Part shown: positions 8,540 through 15,600 of the stretch, piece by piece | Position numbering within the stretch: the first letter of the stretch is position 1 | Layout of the letters: every line of letters starts with the position of its first letter | Origin: Deltaproteobacteria bacterium | Lineage (GTDB): Bacteria > Desulfobacterota > Binatia > UBA9968 | Reading direction: 5' to 3' | NCBI GenBank assembly: GCA_009692615.1 | Contig: SHYW01000004.1 | Location: forward strand, 8,273 to 72,272 | Length of the DNA: 64,000 nucleotides | Program-made: the position numbers and the translations under genes | The notes under the pieces: generated by a model | Seen by the model: only the letters and a program-made list of their open reading frames with translations | Databases searched by the model: none | Told to the model about the DNA's origin: nothing

Positions 8540-9343
8540 ATGCCCACCGACACCTGCTACTGGAAACACGAAATCCCCGCCGACCAAGCTTTTCCCTGCT
8601 ACGACGGCAAAAGCACAGTCTGTAGCCATTGCTGCGTCGAGCAGTGTCCCAAGGAAACGCCGCAATGGTTCGCCGCCTGCGCCCGCGCCGGCCATCCGAC
8701 CTGGCCTAGCGTCGATCAAGGCCAGCGCGTGTCGCGCAAACTGGTCGTGCTCGAATCTTACTGGGACAACCGTCTGTTTCAGACCATGTCGGTCAAAGGC
8801 TTCTTCGAATCCATGGGGCCGTTGCACGATCCGCCGTTGCAACTAGCGCACCGCTTCGTCGAATCCCAACGCGGCCTAGCACACTACACGCGATCGCCCG
8901 AAGGCCTTCTCTGGCGCGATCCCGCCGCCGCCGATGCGCCGATTTTCTACTTGGCATTTCACGGCGCGCCGAGCGAAGTCAAATCGGTCCTCGAATCCAT
9001 CGGCGCCCAAGAGCTGTGCGATGCCTTCCAAAACTTCGGCGTCAAACCCAACCTGGTTTACTTCGCCGCGTGCAGCGTGCTCAAAGGCCGCGCCGGCCGA
9101 CAGTTCGCCAAGAAATTTCTCGAAGCCTCCCGCTGCCGCGCGCTGCTCGGCTACACCACCAACGTCAACTGGATGCTCAGCCTGCTGACCGATATGCTTT
9201 TCCTACACCGCTTCTATCGCGACGACGATCCATGGAAAAACTTGCGCAAGATTTACCGCTCGGTGCTGAACGACTTCAAACCCGCCGAAGAAATTGGTTG
9301 GACATTAATCGAGAATCCGCGCAGCTTTAAGAAGCGCCGATAA
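8540..9343 (+). CDS. Uncharacterised protein: Cys-rich N-terminus plus a domain with a caspase/CHAT-like His-Cys arrangement
   Basis: 267 aa with GC3-rich codons from the first ATG. It has seven Cys within residues 6-47 (CSHCCVEQC). PIFYLAFHGAP (H141) and NLVYFAACSV (C178) each follow a hydrophobic strand. Confidence 0.6.
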   Translation: MPTDTCYWKHEIPADQAFPCYDGKSTVCSHCCVEQCPKETPQWFAACARAGHPTWPSVDQGQRVSRKLVVLESYWDNRLFQTMSVKGFFESMGPLHDPPLQLAHRFVESQRGLAHYTRSPEGLLWRDPAAADAPIFYLAFHGAPSEVKSVLESIGAQELCDAFQNFGVKPNLVYFAACSVLKGRAGRQFAKKFLEASRCRALLGYTTNVNWMLSLLTDMLFLHRFYRDDDPWKNLRKIYRSVLNDFKPAEEIGWTLIENPRSFKKRR

Positions 9344-9394
9344 CTTGCTAAAACTGACGACAGCTAGAAGCACACGAGGTCACGATATAATTTT

Positions 9395-9425
9395 CTGTAG
9401 GGGCAGACCTGCGTGTCTGCCCTTC
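9395..9425. repeat. REP-like palindrome ctgtaggggcagacctgcgtgtctgcccttc
   Basis: There is a near-identical copy at 59855-59885 (ctgtaggggccgacctgcgtgtcggccctc). Related gtaggggc..gccc hairpins occur at 15524 and 57466. Confidence 0.8.
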
Positions 9426-9448
9426 TCCATTCGAAGGACTGAATCATC

Positions 9449-10552
9449 ATGCTGAGAGCTGGAATCGTCGGTCTGCCCAACGTCGGCAAGTCGACACTGT
9501 TTAACGCCATCACGCGCACGCGCAAAGCCGAGGCGGCCAATTATCCCTTTTGCACCATCGATCCCAACGTCGGCATGGTCACCGTGCCGGACGCGCGGCT
9601 CTATGTCTTGCAGCAGATGGTCAAAACCAACGTGGTCATCCCGGCGGTGATCGAGTTCGTTGACATCGCTGGCCTGGTCAAAGGCGCCAGCCAAGGCGAA
9701 GGGCTCGGCAATAAATTTCTCACCCATATCCGCGAAGTCGACGCCATCGTCCAAGTTGTGCGCTGCTTCGAAGACGCCGACGTGCACCATGTCTCCGGCA
9801 ACATCGATCCGGTGCGCGACATCGAAGTCATCAACACCGAACTCATGCTCGCCGATCTCGAAACCGTGAAGAAGCGGCGCGAGCGCATCGCCAAGGAGAT
9901 CAAGCGCGGCGACAAAGCCGCCGCCGCCGAGGACGCCCTGCTGGTGAAAATCGAAACCGCCCTCGACGCTGGCAAGCCAGCTCTCACTGTCGAACTGACG
10001 CCGGAAGAACACGCCATGTCCGCGCAGTTTTTCCTGCTCTCCGACAAGCGCACGATCTTCGCCTGCAACGTCAAAGAGTCCGACTTGGCCACCGCCGATC
10101 AGAACAGCTACGTGCAAAAAGTGCGCGACTACGTGAAAACCCATCTCGCTTGCGAAGCGGTGGTGATCAGCGCGCAGATCGAGAGCGACCTCGTCGATCT
10201 CGAACCCGCCGACGCTGAAGCCTTTCTCAAAGAACTCGGCGTACAAGAAAGCGGCATCGGCGCGCTCATCCGCGCAACTTATCATCTGCTCGGGTTGCGG
10301 ACTTATCTCACCGCCGGCGAAAAAGAAGTGCGTGCCTGGACCATTCACGCCGGCGACACCGCCCCCAAAGCCGCCGGCGTCATCCACTCCGACTTCGAAC
10401 GCGGCTTCATCAAAGCCGAAACCGTTTCTTACGAGGACTTAGTTCAATGCGGCTCCGTCGCCGCGGCCCGTACGAAGGGCTTATATCGCATGGAAGGGAA
10501 AGAATACGTCGTGCAGGATGGGGATGTGATGTTGTTTAAGTTCAATGTTTAG
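9449..10552 (+). CDS. ychF: Redox-regulated ATPase YchF (Obg-family GTPase-like)
   Basis: 367 aa. It has the P-loop GIVGLPNVGKSTLFNAIT, the motif FVDIAGLVKGAS and a TGS-like C-terminus, EGKEYVVQDGDVMLFKFNV. Confidence 0.95.
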   Translation: MLRAGIVGLPNVGKSTLFNAITRTRKAEAANYPFCTIDPNVGMVTVPDARLYVLQQMVKTNVVIPAVIEFVDIAGLVKGASQGEGLGNKFLTHIREVDAIVQVVRCFEDADVHHVSGNIDPVRDIEVINTELMLADLETVKKRRERIAKEIKRGDKAAAAEDALLVKIETALDAGKPALTVELTPEEHAMSAQFFLLSDKRTIFACNVKESDLATADQNSYVQKVRDYVKTHLACEAVVISAQIESDLVDLEPADAEAFLKELGVQESGIGALIRATYHLLGLRTYLTAGEKEVRAWTIHAGDTAPKAAGVIHSDFERGFIKAETVSYEDLVQCGSVAAARTKGLYRMEGKEYVVQDGDVMLFKFNV

Positions 10553-10645
10553 TGAACAAGCTGAAAATGCGCAGCCGAAAGTAAATCCTGTTACGTTAAC
10601 CAGGGAGACCCATTAAGAATAGTCGCGTAAAGAAAGCAACAGAGC
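10453..10645 (+). repeat. Copy 1 of a composite direct repeat (ychF 3' end 10453-10547 plus DUF4926-3'-like segment 10590-10645)
   Basis: 10453-10547 matches 11120-11214 (95 nt, 9 mismatches by my count). gttacgttaaccagggagacccattaagaatagtcgcgtaaagaaag matches 11441-11488 with small indels. Confidence 0.85.
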
Positions 10646-10657
10646 CAAATTCAATCC

Positions 10658-11074
10658 ATGAAGATTGCGCCTCAGAGTTTCTATGCAGCTATCGCTGCTG
10701 GCTGCGCCACGGTTTTGCCCTTGGTCGGGGTGCAATTAGTCGTTGATTATTTCGATTCACCCGCTAAAGGTCCGGATCGGGCAACAATGGCAGTGATCTT
10801 CCTAACGCCCATTATCATCTTGGGATTTGCAGCCTACTTTGTTGGAGTCAGGATATTACTTTCATTGCTTCGGCTCGATTCGCTTCGTACGGCATTGATC
10901 GTAAGCGCGCTCACTGTCGGCGTTCTAATAAGCTGGATGATTTTCAACGACCCGTCATCAAGCCCGAATACGTTCTGGGGATTTGTCGGACCTTCTTGCA
11001 TAGTTCTTACATCCCTCGTCGCGGGAACTTTTGTGTACGAGTGGGCGCGTCAACGTATTCATCCGAACTGGTGA
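10658..11074 (+). CDS. Small integral membrane protein, unknown function
   Basis: 138 aa with about four hydrophobic segments. Its third codon positions are visibly AT-richer than the flanking core genes. It lies between the two composite repeat copies. Confidence 0.55.
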   Translation: MKIAPQSFYAAIAAGCATVLPLVGVQLVVDYFDSPAKGPDRATMAVIFLTPIIILGFAAYFVGVRILLSLLRLDSLRTALIVSALTVGVLISWMIFNDPSSSPNTFWGFVGPSCIVLTSLVAGTFVYEWARQRIHPNW

Positions 11075-11119
11075 AATAGACCACAATACACATGACCGCT
11101 CACGTAGCGATGAATGCGA

Positions 11120-11219
11120 CTCCGTCACCGCCGCGCGCACCAAGGGCTTGTGCCGCATGGAAGGGAAAGAATATGTCGTGCAGGATGGGGATGTGATGTT
11201 GTTTAAGTTCAATGGGTAG
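11120..11219 (+). pseudogene. Orphan duplicate of the last ~32 codons of ychF
   Basis: It encodes ..SVTAARTKGLCRMEGKEYVVQDGDVMLFKFNG*, against ychF ..SVAAARTKGLYRMEGKEYVVQDGDVMLFKFNV*. There is no upstream ychF body. Confidence 0.85.
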
Positions 11220-11249
11220 TGCGCGCCTCGGTCGCGAACGGAAACGAAG

Positions 11250-11477
11250 ATGAAACAACGAAAACTCAAACTATTGGAAACCATCGCACTGCTTCAAGAC
11301 ATACCATCCCGCAAGCTGAAACGCGGCGAAGTTGGCACGGTAGAAGAAATCCTTGCGCCCAATTTTTACGAAGTTGAATTCTGTGATGACGAAGGGCAAA
11401 CCTACGCCGAACTGGCGTTACGCGGCATACAGATCATCCCGTTACATAACCAGAGCCCATTAAGAATTGTCGCGTGA
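11250..11477 (+). CDS. DUF4926-like small protein
   Basis: 75 aa. LLETIALLQDIPSRKLKRGEVGTVEEILAPNFYEVEFCDDEGQTYAEL matches the DUF4926 pattern (SH3-like, ..yeVEF.d.dG.t) as I remember it. Confidence 0.65.
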   Translation: MKQRKLKLLETIALLQDIPSRKLKRGEVGTVEEILAPNFYEVEFCDDEGQTYAELALRGIQIIPLHNQSPLRIVA

Positions 11478-11574
11478 GCAAAGAGGCCCACGACAGCTCC
11501 AATCTATAGAATTGGTATTATGCCCCCGGACCTTTGTCTCTTTCATTTTCCAAAACTGTGGCTACAATAGGTCC

Positions 11575-11907
11575 GTGGCTCGAGCACTCTCCCCGGATGA
11601 TGTTCTCTTTGAAGTTTTGAGTCCGCTTGGATTTCGTGTACGCGTCACACGCGGCTACTGGGAAGTCATCGTTTCGATCAAGCATCCGGTCATGGCGGGA
11701 CATGAACAGGATGTCAAAGAAACGCTTGAAACTCCCAGCGAGATTCGATTGAGCAAGAACGATTCGACAGTTCACCTGTTTTACCGGCAGAAAGAGATCG
11801 GACGATGGGTATGTGCTGTGGCCAAGCGTCTCGATGGTGAAGGCTTTCTGATTACAGCTTACCCAACCGACGCGATCAAAGAAGGAGAACAGATATGGCC
11901 CAAGTGA
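11575..11907 (+). CDS. Conserved small protein of unknown function (candidate toxin-like partner of DUF2283)
   Basis: The track ORF is 11467-11907 with a TTG start. I prefer the GTG at 11575. Motifs are GFRVRVTRGYWEVIVSIKHPVMAGHEQDVKETLETPSEIRLSKNDSTVHLFYR..GFLITAYPTD. It overlaps the next gene by 13 nt. Confidence 0.5.
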   Translation: MARALSPDDVLFEVLSPLGFRVRVTRGYWEVIVSIKHPVMAGHEQDVKETLETPSEIRLSKNDSTVHLFYRQKEIGRWVCAVAKRLDGEGFLITAYPTDAIKEGEQIWPK

Positions 11908-12107
11908 AAGTTTTTTACGATGAAACCGGCAATACGCTCACCGTCTGGTTTGGCGATCCTGAGAGCGAGTACATCAGCGAGGAAACCGGTGAGGAAGTCA
12001 TCCTCATGAAGGACAAGGCTGGTCATGTCATCGGTTTTGAAAAGCTCAATTTCACGGTCGCCAAACCCAAGCATCTACAAGTGGCGTTCGAAACGGTAGG
12101 CGGCTAA
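11895..12107 (+). CDS. DUF2283-like small protein
   Basis: 70 aa. VFYDETGNTLTVWFGDPE..VILMKDKAGHVIGFEKLNF fits the YD.e.D.l.i.f ... G.ivGiE pattern of DUF2283. Confidence 0.7.
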   Translation: MAQVKVFYDETGNTLTVWFGDPESEYISEETGEEVILMKDKAGHVIGFEKLNFTVAKPKHLQVAFETVGG

Positions 12108-12332
12108 CGGAATTTTCACCCCGATGTGGTTCGCTACTGTCTCGTCTGTCAAGCCTGACACGGAATCAGTGGATGGCCGTATATCACTGCATGATCTTGC
12201 TTTAAGAATCACTAGAAACTTGTAGGTGCAAAAAATATAGACACGTCCGAACAGATACTCCGACAACTTCGTTGGATCAAGTGGTTAAACGCATTCATCG
12301 CGATCAGTTTCGCAGTAACTGCCGGCTCGTTT

Positions 12333-12647
12333 GTGTGGGTAAGCCTTGAGATGCCTCGCACCACATCCAACGCTGCTTATTCTGCCTCCTTTACGAACCA
12401 GGGCACAAACCTCTTAAACAAAGGCAAGGCAAAAGAAGTCATCCTGTTGGCAGAAGAACGCGAAAAGAAGTCTCCTATGGATCCGTACGTGTATTGGTTT
12501 CGGGGCAAAGCCTACTACCAATTAGGAGAGTATGATGCTGCGTTAAAAGATATACTTGTTGCGGACGAGATCTGCCCAGTGTGGCACGAAGAATATACCG
12601 GGCCTTTCATCAAGAGAATCAAAGAAAAACTTACTGAGAAGGGCTAG
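12333..12647 (+). CDS. TPR-like repeat protein, possibly 5'-truncated
   Basis: It contains YWFRGKAYYQLGEYDAALKDILVADEICP (a TPR motif). The frame is open from 12216 and encodes a TM-like LNAFIAISFAVTAGSFVWV, but there is no ATG/GTG/TTG before 12333. Confidence 0.45.
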   Translation: MWVSLEMPRTTSNAAYSASFTNQGTNLLNKGKAKEVILLAEEREKKSPMDPYVYWFRGKAYYQLGEYDAALKDILVADEICPVWHEEYTGPFIKRIKEKLTEKG

Positions 12648-12753
12648 GAACGACGTCGTTGCACGTAACATTTGCGTGGGGCGGATGCCACGCAAACTCG
12701 GGCTGTTTTTCGATACATCTGTAACGACTCCGCTCACGCTAACGTTAGTTTTG

Positions 12754-14325
12754 CTAACCTTTCAATTCAAACTTCCCATCCTTATCCTGACCGATTTTCT
12801 CTTCTTCATACAACCGCGCCAGCGCACTCGCGACGGTCTTGTAATCCGCCTTGGGAAACTTATCCAAGAGATCGGCGAAGAAACAGTGCGACTTGCCGAG
12901 AGCCGCGACGATCTTCTCAACCAGTAATTCCACTGTTTCTGCTGACGTTGCATTGGCTTTTGCCTTTACCGTGACATCGGAAACGCCGACGTAATCGCTC
13001 AACTTAACCTTGCCCTGATTGAAATAAATGATCCGCTGGTACCGCTCGGCCGGAATATTTTCCGGGATCGTCGCGTCGATGCCCATCTTCGCTGTCGTCG
13101 GAACTTTGCCGTACAATGGCAGCGGCAAAGATGGATCGAGCGGCTTAGAGCGCGCGTTGGAGACGATGACGACATCGCGGTCGGCTTGCACGCGGGTCGC
13201 GACGGCCCACTCCACGTCGATGGGATCAAACACGTCGATATCGTCGTCGACGATGGTCACGTGTTTGATATCGGCGATGGACAAGAGCGCCATGATCGCG
13301 TTCTTGCCGTCGCCGGGAACTTTTTTGATCGACGCAATGATATGCCAGTGGCAACAGCCGCCGGGCGTGACGTTGATCCCAACCGTCTGCACGCCCGCTT
13401 CAGCCAATACGCGGCGCGCCGCGGCTTCGTAGATCGGCGCCGACATCCAGATATTTTCCCAAGGCATCTGCAGCGCGTAGTACATAGCGTCCTTGCGGTG
13501 CATGATCGACTTGATGCGCACTCTTGGATTCATGTGCATGCCGCCCATCAGGCGATTGAATTCGCTGAACGGCCCTTCGCTGTGCACCCAGCCTTCGGGG
13601 AGAATTTCTCCCTCTAAAACAATTTCGGCGTCGGCGATGCACGGCACCGGCACGGTTTCGCCGTCGGCGAGACGCAGCGGTTCGTTACGCAAGCCACCGG
13701 CGAAGGTCAGTTCGTTGACGCCGAGGTTGGCTTTGAATGTCGACGCGACCAATTCATACGGATGAGTGCCGATGGAGATGGAGATCGGCAGCGGTTTCTT
13801 TTTTGCCAAGGCGCGTTCGGCGAACTTGCGCATGTTGTTGGGCGTGACGATGTCGATGCCGGTGATGTTGCGCTCCTTGAGCATCAAGCGGTAGATGCCG
13901 GCGTTGATGCCGAAATCCGGGTCCTCGGCGATCACCACGCCGGCGGTGATCATCGGCCCGCCATCCATGATCGAAAACACCGGCACCGGCAGGTCGTAGA
14001 GATTTACTTTCTTGCCGGTATGAATGACTTCCTTCACCGGCGCGTTGGCGACGCGCTTCGGTTGGATCGGTTTGTCCATCGCTTTGCCGAGCTTGGCGCC
14101 GATGTTTTCATAGTCGACGCCCATGCCGAGCGCGATGCGCTTGCGCGATTGCAGCAGACCGGAAACCACCGGCATCGAATAGCCGGGCAAATTCCTAAAC
14201 AGCAGCGCCTTCTCCGACTGCGCCACCAATGCCGCCACGTCGCGCAGATCAACAGGTTTGGAAATCTCCAACAGCTCGTCGTTTTTTCTTAGCGTGTCGA
14301 TGTAATCGCGAAAGCTCGCTTTCAT
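12754..14325 (-). CDS. UbiD-family (prenylated-FMN-dependent) decarboxylase with a C-terminal extension
   Basis: 523 aa with UbiD-wide similarity (GGPMITAGVVIAEDP..GIYRLM, EGPFSEFNRLMGG, VTIVDDDIDVFDPIDVEWAVATR). It carries about 75 extra C-terminal residues, ending ..LARLYEEEKIGQDKDGKFELKG. Confidence 0.85.
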   Translation of the reverse strand: MKASFRDYIDTLRKNDELLEISKPVDLRDVAALVAQSEKALLFRNLPGYSMPVVSGLLQSRKRIALGMGVDYENIGAKLGKAMDKPIQPKRVANAPVKEVIHTGKKVNLYDLPVPVFSIMDGGPMITAGVVIAEDPDFGINAGIYRLMLKERNITGIDIVTPNNMRKFAERALAKKKPLPISISIGTHPYELVASTFKANLGVNELTFAGGLRNEPLRLADGETVPVPCIADAEIVLEGEILPEGWVHSEGPFSEFNRLMGGMHMNPRVRIKSIMHRKDAMYYALQMPWENIWMSAPIYEAAARRVLAEAGVQTVGINVTPGGCCHWHIIASIKKVPGDGKNAIMALLSIADIKHVTIVDDDIDVFDPIDVEWAVATRVQADRDVVIVSNARSKPLDPSLPLPLYGKVPTTAKMGIDATIPENIPAERYQRIIYFNQGKVKLSDYVGVSDVTVKAKANATSAETVELLVEKIVAALGKSHCFFADLLDKFPKADYKTVASALARLYEEEKIGQDKDGKFELKG

Positions 14326-14468
14326 TATTTTTCTCCAGCGATAATTTCGACGAAACTTAACATGGCGACTAGGCTAATGCCATCGGTGACAGTGGGTCGG
14401 CAGGGGCGAAAACTCTTTCGCCCCTGCCCATGAATATGCGCCGAGATGTTTCGCCGTAATTCCCCTTA

Positions 14469-14477
14469 TGTTATAAT
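14469..14477 (+). promoter_or_regulatory. Extended -10 promoter element tgttataat upstream of the LLM oxidoreductase gene
   Basis: A perfect TGnTATAAT sits 35 nt before the ATG at 14512. No convincing -35 element is present. Confidence 0.45.
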
Positions 14478-14511
14478 CGCTACGATCTGGTCATTGTGAA
14501 AGGCTTTATCC

Positions 14512-15510
14512 ATGGCTTCATTCGGCCTCACACTAGCGAATCGCGGCGTCATCATCGGCGCCGTGACGATTCAGCAATTATTCGATATGGCCAAGCGTGG
14601 CGAAGACTCGGGCGCGTTCAACGCGGTTTGGGTCGGCGACAGTTTGCTGGCGAAACCGCGCTTGGAATCCATCGCGCTCTTGTCCGCATTGGCGGTGGTC
14701 ACTAAGAAAGTAAAACTCGCCGTCGGCTGCATGGCGACCTTTCCCCATCGCCATCCGGCGCTGCTCGCGCAGCAATGGGCGAGCTTGGATGTGATCTCCG
14801 GCGGCCGCTCGTGGTTGGCGGTCTGTCTCGGCGGACCCAACGAACAAAGCCCGGCGCAAGCGTTGGAACATAAAGTCATGGGCATCAAGGACACCGAACG
14901 GGTCGGCCGGCTTGAAGAGGGCATCACCATCCTGCGCAAATTTTTCCACGAGGAAAAGGCGTCATTCAAAGGACGCTTCTACGAATTCGAAGGCGTGACC
15001 ATCCAACCTCGCCCGATACAAAATCCCCTGCCAATTTGGATCGCCAGCAATCCCACCGGCCTCACTTGGAAAGACGGCGCCAGCGCGCCTTCGCCCGCAG
15101 TCGAAAAAGGCTTACGCCGTGTCGCTAAATACGCCGACGGCTGGATGACCAACAAAGTCACGCCGGAGGAATTCAAATCCCAATGGAAGCACATCCTCGA
15201 GATGGCCAAGGAAGAAGGCCGCGATCCAACGAAGATCGGCAGCTCGCTTTACCACAACATCAACATCAACGAGAACCGCCAAGCGGCGTTGGACGAGAGC
15301 AAAGCGTTTCTCGACAAGTATTACACGTCCAACTTCAGCATGAAGTTCGTCGAAGGCTTCACCACCGCGGGCAGTCCGGCGCAGTGCATCGAAGAACTGA
15401 AAGCCTACTTCGCCGCCGGTATCGAACATATCACGCTGCGCATGACTTCCTGGGATCAAACCGGCCAGCTCAAACGATTTCTCGATGAAGTTGCGCCGGC
15501 GTTTAATTAA
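14512..15510 (+). CDS. LLM-class (luciferase-like) flavin-dependent oxidoreductase
   Basis: 332 aa. FNAVWVGDSLLAKPRLESIALLSALA..LDVISGGR and the C-terminal CIEELKAYFAAGIEHITL are typical of LLM/F420- or FMN-dependent enzymes. Confidence 0.8.
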   Translation: MASFGLTLANRGVIIGAVTIQQLFDMAKRGEDSGAFNAVWVGDSLLAKPRLESIALLSALAVVTKKVKLAVGCMATFPHRHPALLAQQWASLDVISGGRSWLAVCLGGPNEQSPAQALEHKVMGIKDTERVGRLEEGITILRKFFHEEKASFKGRFYEFEGVTIQPRPIQNPLPIWIASNPTGLTWKDGASAPSPAVEKGLRRVAKYADGWMTNKVTPEEFKSQWKHILEMAKEEGRDPTKIGSSLYHNININENRQAALDESKAFLDKYYTSNFSMKFVEGFTTAGSPAQCIEELKAYFAAGIEHITLRMTSWDQTGQLKRFLDEVAPAFN

Positions 15511-15523
15511 AATTGATGAACAC

Positions 15524-15600
15524 GTGTAGGGGCGACCGGCGGTCGCCCTTGCCCTTACCCTCACCCCTGCCCTCTCCCATCGGAATGGGCGAGGGTGAAG
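15524..15600. repeat. Composite REP: gtgtaggggcgaccggcggtcgccc followed by ccctcacccctgccctctcccatcggaatgggcgagggtgaag
   Basis: Both halves are palindromic. The second motif recurs at 48711-48740 and 60951-60980. It contains the ATG (15585) that I use as the start of the next gene. Confidence 0.8.

Noticed and set aside
8465-8842. 125 aa minus-strand ORF overlapping the Cys-rich N-terminus of the 8540-9343 gene
   Set aside because: The plus-strand frame has consistently GC-rich third positions from its first ATG and continues into a conserved-looking core. The minus ORF has no RBS and overlaps the mazF stop region. Some doubt remains about the true start of the plus-strand gene.
9380-10387. 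335 aa minus-strand ORF opposite ychF
   Set aside because: It is an antisense shadow ORF in GC-rich DNA. The composition is Gly/Asp/His/Ala-rich and low in complexity, there is no RBS, and the plus strand carries an unmistakable YchF with P-loop and TGS motifs.
12671-12710. Hairpin tttgcgtgg/ccacgcaaa followed by a T5 run between the convergent TPR and UbiD genes
   Set aside because: The T-run starts 9 nt after the stem and the stem is short. It is plausible as a terminator but too weak to list as a feature.
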